Assembly (NCBI GenBank): GCA_903828955.1
Contig: CAIKOA010000032.1
Coordinates: forward strand, 20,141 to 84,140
Length of the DNA: 64,000 nt
DNA from: an uncultured Candidatus Micrarchaeota archaeon
GTDB taxonomy: Archaea > Micrarchaeota > Micrarchaeia > Anstonellales > Bilamarchaeaceae
Reading direction: 5' to 3'
A model generated the notes under the pieces. It was given only the letters and a program-made list of their open reading frames with translations. It was not told the origin of the DNA and did no database searches. The translations under genes were made by a program, and so were the position numbers. Shown in pieces: positions 35,914 through 44,667 of the stretch; position 1 is the first letter of the stretch, and every line of letters starts with the position of its first letter.

Positions 35914-36426
35914 CTACCAGGGGACCTTCTTCAGCCCCACCTTATTCGCTGCAGCATTGCTGATTACGTGCAGCACATATGTAAGTGCTACCATGAATAT
36001 TATGCTCTCAAGCGTATAAACCGAATTCGCAACCGGGTACGCAAACACGAGCGCGCCCGCAATGAAATCCAATTGGTCCACCAGGATGAGCGGCTTTCCG
36101 GATTCTATCCCCATCCTTCTCTTGATGAAGCTCCCAACCGCATCCCCCACAAGCGCGCCAATCGAGAGAAGAACCCCGCTCAGGAAGAGCGTTTTCTGGT
36201 CCCCGAAAATAAGCATTGGGAATAAAACGGAAATAATCCCCGCAACCACGATCCCGATACCAACCCCGCCCAGGAACCCCCGGATTGTCTTGGTCTTCCC
36301 AAGAAGGTCCCCCCCATCCCCAAGCTTAATATCAAAATCCATTCTGGCGCCCCCTCCAAGTATCACGGGCGCTGCATTCGCAAAATAGCACGGGAGCAGG
36401 AAAGCAATCATTGCAAGTAAGTCCAT
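35914..36426 (-). CDS. carS: CDP-archaeol synthase
   Basis: GALVGDAVGSFIKRRMGIESGKPLILVDQLDF matches the conserved CarS block (GDL.GSFIKRR.GI..G...LLDQLDF). The start is placed at MDLLAMIAF. The ORF-track start at 36606 adds a non-conserved 60-aa extension. Confidence 0.7.
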   Translation of the reverse strand: MDLLAMIAFLLPCYFANAAPVILGGGARMDFDIKLGDGGDLLGKTKTIRGFLGGVGIGIVVAGIISVLFPMLIFGDQKTLFLSGVLLSIGALVGDAVGSFIKRRMGIESGKPLILVDQLDFIAGALVFAYPVANSVYTLESIIFMVALTYVLHVISNAAANKVGLKKVPW

Positions 36427-36554
36427 CTGCCTCGCCCCTTTATTCAAATTAATATTTTTAAAGGGAACAGGAATTTCCCCAAAATGATACTTATTTAAGC
36501 ACATTTTAACATATTCTACTATATTATCATGAAATAACCCGGATTTAGGGAAGT

Positions 36555-37814
36555 GTGCAAATGAATCCAAAGACTGATGATTCAACAGAGAAAAAACCGT
36601 CCACAATAATCGCTTCCGTTGACCTCTGGCTGGACAATTACGACGACATCTTCTCGGATTTCGACCCCCGAGATTACCACGAGAGGGCGATTTCCGGAGA
36701 CTTTGTGGATGAGCTCCTGCGCAGGTCCAGGGAGCAGCAGAGGCAGGAAATCTCGTTTCGGCTCAGCGTCCCCAAGGAAAGAAGGAACCGGGAGGTCGAA
36801 CAGATAATCAATGACCGGCTGAAAGAGCATTTCGGGGCGCTCGCTTCGCGCTCAAAGGAAAAAATGAAGAAATCCAGGAAGTTCGGAAGCCTTCTTCTTG
36901 GCGCGGGCGCGCTCGTGTATTTCGGGAGCATCGCTTCCGAGTTCCGTTTCCCCTTCATGCACACGGTGCGCAACATTTTCGAAGTATTCTGCTGGTTCAG
37001 CATGTGGGAAGGCGCAAGGCAGCTCTTCATAGAGAAAGACCCGCATATTGAAAAGTCCGCCCTTTACTCCAGCCTTGCGAATGCGGATTACGAATTCCTT
37101 TCAGAAGAGGACCTTCTTGCAAGCATAACGAAACGCGCAATTAGGAAGGGTTCACGGGCGCGCATCACAGAAGAGGAGGAGCCCGCTGAAGGCCAGCCTG
37201 CTGCTCCAGCAGCCCCTGAGCCTGCGCCGCAGGAAACTGCAAAACCCGCAGAAGCTCCGCAACCCGCCAAAATAGTCCCCAGGAACCACCATGAGAAATC
37301 CTTATTCGAACTCCTGAAAAAACTTGTAGACAAATCCTCAAAGAATAAAAACGAAGAAATGGAGCAGACAATCCACTTTGCAAAGACCCAGATTATCGAA
37401 GGCAAGGCAATCGCAAAGGTTCTTTCCGAATGCATTGCAGCAAACCCTTCGCAAATAAGAAATTCCCTTGAAGGGATGGATAGGGAAAGCGAACAGGCGG
37501 AAACTCTCCGCAAGATTGCGATTGCAGGATTTCTCAGGGGAATCCCGGAATTCCGCCACCTCTCAAATGCGCTTGCCTCGATGGGGCTCCTGCAGGAAAA
37601 AGACATGCGGCGCTGCGCAGACCCGTTCGTTTCAAAACTCGAGCCGGAAGTCCGCCAGAAAGTGATTGACGACCTCCCTGCCCTCCTTGATTTGATTAAG
37701 AAGGCCGCGCTCGTGGATGCAGAACGGATCAGGCCCCCCCAGCAGTTAACGGCGAATCGGCCCCAGGCCGGCCCACTTGCGCCCGGAGTTGCCCCAATCC
37801 GAAAGCTTTCTTGA
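36555..37814 (+). CDS. Hypothetical protein with one TM segment and P/A/E-rich central low-complexity region
   Basis: It has protein-like composition and a hydrophobic FGSLLLGAGALVYFGSIA segment. No motif was recognised. The start is uncertain. Confidence 0.4.
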   Translation: MQMNPKTDDSTEKKPSTIIASVDLWLDNYDDIFSDFDPRDYHERAISGDFVDELLRRSREQQRQEISFRLSVPKERRNREVEQIINDRLKEHFGALASRSKEKMKKSRKFGSLLLGAGALVYFGSIASEFRFPFMHTVRNIFEVFCWFSMWEGARQLFIEKDPHIEKSALYSSLANADYEFLSEEDLLASITKRAIRKGSRARITEEEEPAEGQPAAPAAPEPAPQETAKPAEAPQPAKIVPRNHHEKSLFELLKKLVDKSSKNKNEEMEQTIHFAKTQIIEGKAIAKVLSECIAANPSQIRNSLEGMDRESEQAETLRKIAIAGFLRGIPEFRHLSNALASMGLLQEKDMRRCADPFVSKLEPEVRQKVIDDLPALLDLIKKAALVDAERIRPPQQLTANRPQAGPLAPGVAPIRKLS

Positions 37815-37878
37815 AGCGGCGGCAACCAGTAAGGTATTTATTCCTCTTCCTCCATTTTCCGCCCTATACGTGATTCTC

Positions 37879-38838
37879 ATGAACGAACAAAAGTATCCGC
37901 GCAAGGAGCCGGAGAAAAAATCCGGGCAAAACAAAATCCCTTATTTCGCCCTTGCGCTAATCACACTCGGCTTCATTGTGGTTTTTGCCGCAGCATTGCT
38001 TTCAATTTCTTCTTCAACAGAGCCGCTTTTCGGAAAGTGCGTGGCGGTTGTTGAAATAGACGGCACCCTCACGACCGAATCCACTCCCTCCACAGTGTTC
38101 AGCGAGGGAACCTATGGCTCCTATGACATTGCAAAGAAAATAGAAGAGCTGGATTCAAGGGATGATGTCGGCGCAGTTCTTTTCGTAGTGAATTCCCCCG
38201 GAGGCTCCGTAGTTGCCGCAGATGAAATCTACGATGCGGTAAATAATCTCAACAAACCCAAGGTCGCATACTTCCGCGAAGTCGCGGCTTCAGGGGGCTA
38301 CCTGATCTCAACCCCTGCGGATTACATAATCTCCGAACCTAATGCATTAACCGGCTCAATCGGAGTAATTCTTGAGACCTACGACGTATCAGGCATTCTG
38401 GAGAGGGTAGGGGTGAGCTCCAACCCGATAAAGTCCGGTGATATGAAGGACATGGGCTCCCCATTCCGCGAAATGACTCCGCAAGAGGAAGCGCTCCTAG
38501 GGGACGCAGTCAGGGAAACCTTCCAGCAATTCGTTTCCACAATAAAGGAGCAGAGGGGAAGCAAGCTCAACACCCAACTCTTCAACCAGGCGCTTGATGG
38601 GAGAGTGCTTACCGGAAGGATGGCAAAGAAGGCAGGCCTTGTGGATGAACTCGGTTCCCGGGACACTGCTCTTGCAAAAGCCGCAGACCTTGGGGGGGTA
38701 GAATACAAATCCGTTTCCGAAATCCCAATCTGCAAGGTGGAGACAAAGCCCCAATCCGCAGGCCTCTTTAGCATGGCTTCCTTCATTGATTCGCTGAGAG
38801 GGCAGAGCGGAACGCAGATTTCCCTGAATTACCGGTGA
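37879..38838 (+). CDS. sppA: Signal peptide peptidase SppA (peptidase S49), 36K type
   Basis: The catalytic Ser context is VVNSPGGSVVAADEIYDAVNNL and the Lys context is AASGGYLIS. An N-terminal TM anchor is present. The start is placed at MNEQKYP. Confidence 0.8.
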   Translation: MNEQKYPRKEPEKKSGQNKIPYFALALITLGFIVVFAAALLSISSSTEPLFGKCVAVVEIDGTLTTESTPSTVFSEGTYGSYDIAKKIEELDSRDDVGAVLFVVNSPGGSVVAADEIYDAVNNLNKPKVAYFREVAASGGYLISTPADYIISEPNALTGSIGVILETYDVSGILERVGVSSNPIKSGDMKDMGSPFREMTPQEEALLGDAVRETFQQFVSTIKEQRGSKLNTQLFNQALDGRVLTGRMAKKAGLVDELGSRDTALAKAADLGGVEYKSVSEIPICKVETKPQSAGLFSMASFIDSLRGQSGTQISLNYR

Positions 38839-38842
38839 ATGT

Positions 38843-39244
38843 ATGGAAAGCCAGCCCATAATACTGGCAATCGTTTTCATCCTGGTAGCAGCTGCCCTTA
38901 CCTACATGGTAATGAACATCAACAAGCCGCCGGTAACATATGACTTCAAGCCGGTGAATGTCTCCATTTCCACAACCCCTGGCTTGGAATGCACTTCCGG
39001 GCAGGAAAAACGCTGCACACTCTCCGGATGCATCGGAGCAAGGAAATGCTCCTCGGGCTACTGGGCCGAATGCTCCCTTGAGCGGCAGTGCAGTTCTGGA
39101 GAGAGCAGGGTTTGCGAGTACAGCTCCTGCAGCGATGGAACGCAAGGGTGCGATGAGTGCGGCAGGTGGGAGCCCTGCAAGCCGTTTGCCTCCCAGAACG
39201 CCTCCTGCAACGCTTCAGCTGCCTGCAATTCCTCAGGGGTTTAG
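38843..39244 (+). CDS. Small membrane-anchored cysteine-rich protein
   Basis: It has an N-terminal TM (IILAIVFILVAAALTYMV) then a Cys-rich domain (about 20 Cys in 100 aa). Confidence 0.5.
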   Translation: MESQPIILAIVFILVAAALTYMVMNINKPPVTYDFKPVNVSISTTPGLECTSGQEKRCTLSGCIGARKCSSGYWAECSLERQCSSGESRVCEYSSCSDGTQGCDECGRWEPCKPFASQNASCNASAACNSSGV

Positions 39245-39306
39245 GCCTCCGCTTCCCCGACTTATTATATATCTATTTAAAAACTTTCATTTCCCAAAGA
39301 ATACTG

Positions 39307-39942
39307 ATGAGAACGAGCAAGGCGTTTATCTTTTCCCTGGACTCATTCGTAGCATTCATACTGACAGTAGCCGCGCTCTATTCCCTTCTATTCTTCTCAA
39401 CAGTTCCTTCTGCCTATTACTCTTCATTGATGCAGGCAAACTACCTTGCAAAGGACACCCTGCTCACCCTTGCAACCACGCAATGCACTGCAAACGAGGA
39501 TTGCAAGGGGATGACTTACCTTGATTACATCCTTGATCGGCTTAAAAACGGGGAGAGCCAGGCTGCCCGTGAATACATAGGGAGGGGAATTTCCTCAACA
39601 AGCAAGGATTCCCTGATTCCGGAGCAGTTTGGATACAAAATAGAAGTCCTGCGCTCGGATGGAACATGGTCAAACTCGAGCGACTTTGCGCTAACCGAAG
39701 ACGTGCCGTATGCTTATTACGACACAAAGCTGGATCCGGAGTCCGCAAACAAGAAGGAATACAACAAGCTGAAAGCAGCTGCGCACATCCTCTTCTTTGA
39801 CTATTCCAAAGGAAGCGAGCCTAAAGACCCCTACAAATACATAACCTGCACAGGGAACCAGACAATCTGCGATGTTCCGCATTCGGAATATGAGTTCGGA
39901 AACGCAAACATGCAAGTTGTAAGGTTCACAGTTTACACATGA
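39307..39942 (+). CDS. Pilin-like protein (class III signal peptide-like N-terminus)
   Basis: MRTSKAFIFSLDSFVAFILTVAAL parallels the N-terminus of the pilin at 42717 (MKGQYFSFDAVIGASIFILTL). The start is placed at the internal M. Confidence 0.55.
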   Translation: MRTSKAFIFSLDSFVAFILTVAALYSLLFFSTVPSAYYSSLMQANYLAKDTLLTLATTQCTANEDCKGMTYLDYILDRLKNGESQAAREYIGRGISSTSKDSLIPEQFGYKIEVLRSDGTWSNSSDFALTEDVPYAYYDTKLDPESANKKEYNKLKAAAHILFFDYSKGSEPKDPYKYITCTGNQTICDVPHSEYEFGNANMQVVRFTVYT

Positions 39943-39946
39943 GGAA

Positions 39947-41710
39947 ATGAAAATGGACAAGAAGGGATTTTTCTTCGTAATCGTGGCGTTCGTCCTCCTC
40001 TCATACATACTTGCATCCACGTACATCTGGGTGCGCGCAATCGAGATGGAGGAATCCCGATATTCCGAGTCCTTCCGCACGACCTCGATGGAAATGCTCG
40101 TCGACCAGCTGAACGAGAAGAGCGTTTCGCAGATGGCGAACGTGATGTCCAATTACGCTTTTTACAAACTTGATAACTATTCCATCCGCGACCCGGTCAA
40201 GCCGGGAGGGGACGAAGGCACTCCGGAAGAATTCGACAACATAAAGCTTGCGATGCGCGGCCTAATATTGAATGGAAGCGCATCAAGCGACTATTTTGAA
40301 GGCGCCCAGCTCGAATACAGCGAACAGGAAAAGAGCGACTACACCCTCTACGGCTGGGGCGAGAAACTGAACGGCTCCCTTTCCGCCTCGGGCTTTGAGC
40401 TTGAGAGGTTCGAAATCCACCAGGACAGCTTTGTAATAAACCAGACCGATTACCTTCTTTACGAAGTCAATTTCACAATGGACCTAGTAATAAGGGACAC
40501 AAAGTCGGGTTCCGCAACCTCATTGAACCGCACCTACCATGTTTCCACGCTGGTGAACGCAACCGGCATGGTCGACCCGTACATCGCGCGAGAATCCATA
40601 GATATGAACCTTCCGCACAACCAGATTGCGGAAAAGCAGATGTTCATGGCCCCGCCCGAATATACATATAATGGCAGGGATGTCGGCTATTCGGAGGATT
40701 ATCCCTCTGGCTACCCAACTGACCCTGTTTCCGAAGAAATGTCAGACCCCTTCACAAGCCTCTGCTCTTCCAGGAGCGGGTCATGCTATTATGTTGAAAG
40801 CGGAACCGCAGGCCAGGGCTGGTTTTATGGCCCCATGATTTCCGTAACCGACACATCAGGGATAGACGAAATAATAAACACGGGGGCCAGCCAGCAATAC
40901 ATTCTTGTTGGAAACTATTCCGACATAAAAGAACTAATAAACAACAAAGGGGAGAAATTCGGAGCCTACATACTCACAAACGATCCGACGGAAACAGATT
41001 CCGTATGCGCGCCCCAGAAGGACGAATCCGAGACCTTCAACGCGATCACCTGGGAAGAAGGGACTCCGGAATGCAAAGCAACAATCCAGGGCGATACGCA
41101 CACCTTCGTGCCCTTCGCGGTGGACGAAGGCTTCAAAATGGAAAAATACATCGGGGACAATGGCCAGAACAAGGTCCTCTTTATTTCACAGCATTCTATT
41201 GATGAAGTCGCAAATGTGGATACCGGGGACCCCGCGCTCAAGAAGTACGAAGTCGCCTTCTATGATGTTGAGATGCTCCGCGACTTCGTGGTCTGCGGCT
41301 ACTACCTTCCGCGCTCGGACAGCCCGTCGCTGCTTCAGCGCATGTTCGACATTGGAAAGAACCCCGCATCAATGCGCCCGGGCGGGCTCTTCGGGATAGA
41401 AACCACCGTTGCGGGGCAATGGGCAGGGGGCAACATGACCCCGAGTTATGACCAGTACAGCAGGGTGGATGTTGAATTCTTCGGGCAGCCCCAGGTTCAG
41501 GGCTCACGCATAATGGGGATGCCGGGCTGCAAGAATGTATTCTTCTGCACAGATGATTCGGATTCGGATGTGGGGCAGTTCAGGATAAGCCCGGACGCAT
41601 TTGAGCGCTACAACCTCCCAAGCGAAGACGGCTGGAATAATGACAACATCGCCTGCAATGGAGATGACAGCGGAAACGGAGAACACGCGGTGTGTGATAC
41701 CAATGAATAG
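39947..41710 (+). CDS. Large (587 aa) pilin-like / surface protein with N-terminal KKG-hydrophobic anchor
   Basis: MKMDKKGFFFVIVAFVLLSYILAS is followed by a large extracellular domain with many N-x-S/T sequons. It lies directly upstream of three pilin genes. Confidence 0.5.
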   Translation: MKMDKKGFFFVIVAFVLLSYILASTYIWVRAIEMEESRYSESFRTTSMEMLVDQLNEKSVSQMANVMSNYAFYKLDNYSIRDPVKPGGDEGTPEEFDNIKLAMRGLILNGSASSDYFEGAQLEYSEQEKSDYTLYGWGEKLNGSLSASGFELERFEIHQDSFVINQTDYLLYEVNFTMDLVIRDTKSGSATSLNRTYHVSTLVNATGMVDPYIARESIDMNLPHNQIAEKQMFMAPPEYTYNGRDVGYSEDYPSGYPTDPVSEEMSDPFTSLCSSRSGSCYYVESGTAGQGWFYGPMISVTDTSGIDEIINTGASQQYILVGNYSDIKELINNKGEKFGAYILTNDPTETDSVCAPQKDESETFNAITWEEGTPECKATIQGDTHTFVPFAVDEGFKMEKYIGDNGQNKVLFISQHSIDEVANVDTGDPALKKYEVAFYDVEMLRDFVVCGYYLPRSDSPSLLQRMFDIGKNPASMRPGGLFGIETTVAGQWAGGNMTPSYDQYSRVDVEFFGQPQVQGSRIMGMPGCKNVFFCTDDSDSDVGQFRISPDAFERYNLPSEDGWNNDNIACNGDDSGNGEHAVCDTNE

Positions 41711-41711
41711 C

Positions 41712-42152
41712 ATGAAGGGGCAGGCAGCAACCGAGATGCTCGTTACCATAGGCATGGTACTCGTATTCATAATTCCAATCCTGCTCCTGCTGCTCGTGGT
41801 TGCGCAGCTCCGCTTCGAATCCCTTTCCGAAGTGCAGGGGAGTTCCGCAATCAGCATAATGGCGGATTCAATAAACGAGGTTTACATTGAAGGCCCGGGA
41901 GCAACCAAGATAGTCGTTGTAAATTTACCGACCAATACCAAGAACCTCACGATAACTAAAAACGAGGTAATAGTCACTCTTGAAACCAGGAGCGGAGACA
42001 GCCAATTTATAGTCCCGTTCTTCGGAAACGTGACCGGGGAAAGCAACATAATTACTGCAGGGGGAAGGGCGCCCGTAGGCCTCTACCCGCTCAGGTTCAC
42101 GAACAATAAAGATGGAAAGGTTGCGATAACAACCCCAGCGGAGGGCGGATGA
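41712..42152 (+). CDS. Type IV pilin-like protein (class III signal peptide)
   Basis: The N-terminus is MKGQAATEMLVTIGMVLVFIIPILLLLLVVAQ. The ATG is 1 nt after the previous stop. Confidence 0.7.
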   Translation: MKGQAATEMLVTIGMVLVFIIPILLLLLVVAQLRFESLSEVQGSSAISIMADSINEVYIEGPGATKIVVVNLPTNTKNLTITKNEVIVTLETRSGDSQFIVPFFGNVTGESNIITAGGRAPVGLYPLRFTNNKDGKVAITTPAEGG

Positions 42153-42155
42153 ACA

Positions 42156-42716
42156 ATGGCAAGCAATAAAGGGCAAATCGCAGTTGAATTCCTCATCTAT
42201 GCAGGCCTGTTCATGATAATCGCCATCGCGGTTTATGTTTTGGTAAGCTTCACCGAAAAGGGAGAAATAGGGGTAAGGGAATCCCAGCTGGCGAATTCAT
42301 TCGGATACAAGTTCGGATATGCGCCAACCGTTGATTTCAAGGGAGGGGAAGGCTTTGTATATGATATTTCCTTCCCGGCTCAACTGGATAACCGCCCCTA
42401 CAATGTGACCTATATCTGCATGAGTGACGGAGGCATCAGTTCGTGCTCTGCACACATAGCATGGAAAGGCACCTACCAGCAATATGAATACGTATACACG
42501 ATTGCCCCTGCGAAATATAGGATAGGTTCCGATAACAAGTTCGGAACTTGGGGCTGCCTTAAAGACCTTTCGAGCACTTCAGGATTCGGCCACTATGGAA
42601 TCTTTCTTGACCCCACAACCAGCCCGAACCACCTCATATTCAATAACATCGGGATTGAGCCAGGGAATGAATATCCAACGATTGAGCTTTACTGCTCAAA
42701 GAAGGGGGTTACCTAG
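42156..42716 (+). CDS. Type IV pilin-like protein (class III signal peptide)
   Basis: The N-terminus is MASNKGQIAVEFLIYAGLFMIIAIAVYVLV. Confidence 0.7.
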   Translation: MASNKGQIAVEFLIYAGLFMIIAIAVYVLVSFTEKGEIGVRESQLANSFGYKFGYAPTVDFKGGEGFVYDISFPAQLDNRPYNVTYICMSDGGISSCSAHIAWKGTYQQYEYVYTIAPAKYRIGSDNKFGTWGCLKDLSSTSGFGHYGIFLDPTTSPNHLIFNNIGIEPGNEYPTIELYCSKKGVT

Positions 42717-43217
42717 ATGAAGGGGCAATATTTCAGCTTTGATGCGGTGATCGGCGCTTCCATATTCATACTTACCTTAATCGCAATAATGTCCTACTGG
42801 TATGGGGTGAGCAATTCAATGGAGCAGCAGCAATCCTCTCTTGCAAAGGAAGCGATAAGGATTGCAGACATACTCTATTCCCCCCAGGAAATTCCCTACG
42901 GCTTAACTCTCGGCTGGAACGACAAGCACCTGAATGCAAGCAAGGTCTATTATCTGTGCTCTTCAGGAGAAAACCCGGCAGTTGCGCTTGGCTCAGCATA
43001 CAACGTTACAATCCAGTTCAAGAGCCTCGAAACCGGCCCACACAACTGGGGCGGATGCATCTGGAGCAGCTCAGGCAGCACGGATACCGTGCACATCTCC
43101 TCCAACAACATCTACAAAATGCGCAGGACCGCCTCCCTCTACAGGGAGGACGGAAGCACTGAACGCGCATACGTGGACATCTACGTATATGAGCCTACCG
43201 CTCCAGAAAAGCCCTAA
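42717..43217 (+). CDS. Type IV pilin-like protein (class III signal peptide)
   Basis: The N-terminus is MKGQYFSFDAVIGASIFILTLIAIMSYWYG. The start abuts the previous stop. Confidence 0.65.
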   Translation: MKGQYFSFDAVIGASIFILTLIAIMSYWYGVSNSMEQQQSSLAKEAIRIADILYSPQEIPYGLTLGWNDKHLNASKVYYLCSSGENPAVALGSAYNVTIQFKSLETGPHNWGGCIWSSSGSTDTVHISSNNIYKMRRTASLYREDGSTERAYVDIYVYEPTAPEKP

Positions 43218-44575
43218 ACCAGTTCCCCGAAAAGGCTCCCATAATTTGAATCCTTTATCTTTACCCGCGCCCATTCCCCCAATTTAACCTTCTTTTTTCC
43301 AAGTATGCAGACCTGCTTATAGTTTTGCATTCTCCCGGTGGGGGTTTTCTGCATTTCCGTAATCAGCACATCCGCTTCCATTCCCACATACCCGGAATTC
43401 TTTTCCGCAGAAATCCTCCGCACAAGCGCGCTCATTTCCGTGCTCCTCCGTTTTATCTCCTCGGTCTTCAACTTCTTGAGCGTGCTCGCATAAGTTCCCC
43501 TGCGCGAAGAATATTTGGATACATTCACTATGTCCGGGCGCACCCTCTTAATTAATTTCTTGGTTTCCTCAAAATCTTCTTTATTCTCGCTAGGATACCC
43601 GACAATGATATCCGTGGAAATAACCGTATCCGGGAACTTCTCCCGCACTTTGCCCACCACGAATTCAAAATCCGCAACAGTATGCGCACGGTTCATCTCT
43701 TGCCGCACCTTCTCGCTCCCGGTTTGCACAGGAAGGTGCAAAAACCTGTAGAATTTCGGATTCCCAAGCATCTCAATAATTTCCGGAATGAATTTCTTTG
43801 CATGCCCCGGATTAATCATTCCGAGCCTGACCCGAAAATCCCCATCAAGCGAAAGAACTTCCTTCATCAATTCCGGCAGAGAAGAATTAATGTCTAGCCC
43901 ATATGCCCCGGTATCCTGCCCGGTTATCTGGATTTCACGCGCCCCCATCTCTACTCCCCTTTCCACAGAGCTCCTTACCCATTGCCTGCTGTGGCTCAAG
44001 AGAACCGGCCGCGCAATTTTCGTCTGGCAAAAATGGCAATTCCCCACGCACCCTTCCTGCACAGGAACCCTCAATATGGGCCTGGTGAATATTCTCGGAA
44101 GCCCCTGCTTCCCCTCAATCTCGCTGAATTTGCGCGGCTCCCCCCGCTTTGCGCATTGCACCGCCTCAAAAATGCGCGCAATAGCGCCCGGGTGCACAAT
44201 CACTGCGGTTGGGTCCGCCTTCCGAACCCGCTCCTCATTAATCCCCAGGCACCCCGCAACCACAATCTTCTTCCCCTTCCCCTTCAATTCAATTATTCTG
44301 GAAATGATCTTATTCTCGGTTGCCTCCTTCACAGTGCAGGTGTTCAAAATAAAGGTTTCCGCATCCGGCACAAGAGAATATCCCGACTCAATCAGCACTC
44401 CCTTCATTATGTCGCTGTCTGCCTGGTTGAGCGTACACCCATAAGTCTCAATCCAAACCGCGGAGGGGGAGCGCCCCCTCCCCAGTTTTAGGTTAATCCT
44501 GACCCTCCCCTCATCACCTGGATAGTCGGCATGTTTAGCATTCAGCTGATTATCTCTCTTCTCTATCTTAGGCAT
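43214..44575 (-). CDS. mtaB: tRNA methylthiotransferase MtaB / CDKAL1-like (radical SAM MTTase with TRAM domain)
   Basis: The MTTase N-domain is VWIETYGCTLNQADS. The radical SAM motif is CVGNCHFC. A C-terminal TRAM domain is present. The first ~40 aa of the ORF are probably over-extended. The real start is likely near VWIETYG (about 44440). Confidence 0.85.
   Translation of the reverse strand: MPKIEKRDNQLNAKHADYPGDEGRVRINLKLGRGRSPSAVWIETYGCTLNQADSDIMKGVLIESGYSLVPDAETFILNTCTVKEATENKIISRIIELKGKGKKIVVAGCLGINEERVRKADPTAVIVHPGAIARIFEAVQCAKRGEPRKFSEIEGKQGLPRIFTRPILRVPVQEGCVGNCHFCQTKIARPVLLSHSRQWVRSSVERGVEMGAREIQITGQDTGAYGLDINSSLPELMKEVLSLDGDFRVRLGMINPGHAKKFIPEIIEMLGNPKFYRFLHLPVQTGSEKVRQEMNRAHTVADFEFVVGKVREKFPDTVISTDIIVGYPSENKEDFEETKKLIKRVRPDIVNVSKYSSRRGTYASTLKKLKTEEIKRRSTEMSALVRRISAEKNSGYVGMEADVLITEMQKTPTGRMQNYKQVCILGKKKVKLGEWARVKIKDSNYGSLFGELV
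44462..44481. repeat. Third copy of the GGGGG-AGCG-CCCCC hairpin (extended palindrome GGAGGGGGAGCGCCCCCTCC)
   Basis: The identical 16-mer agggggagcgccccct is found at 15378 and 19863. Here it is in the 5' leader / over-extended N-terminus of mtaB. Confidence 0.4.
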
Positions 44576-44667
44576 GATTCTTCTCCTTAAAAAAATTAAA
44601 ACAGAGGGTGCCTCCGAGCCCCATTAAAGGGAATGCCCGGAAGCACCATCCACAAGCTTCAGTTACT

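Noticed and set aside
36427-36606. N-terminal 60-aa extension of carS given by the ORF track (start at 36606)
   Set aside because: The conserved CarS sequence begins at MDLLAMIAF. The extension has no hydrophobic/conserved character. It would overlap the divergent downstream gene's start region, so the shorter start at 36426 is preferred.
44440-44575. First ~40 codons of the mtaB ORF (MPKIEKRDNQ...GRGRSPSA)
   Set aside because: MtaB/CDKAL1 enzymes begin at the VWIETYGC block. The extension contains the GGGGG-AGCG-CCCCC hairpin and is more likely 5' leader than coding.
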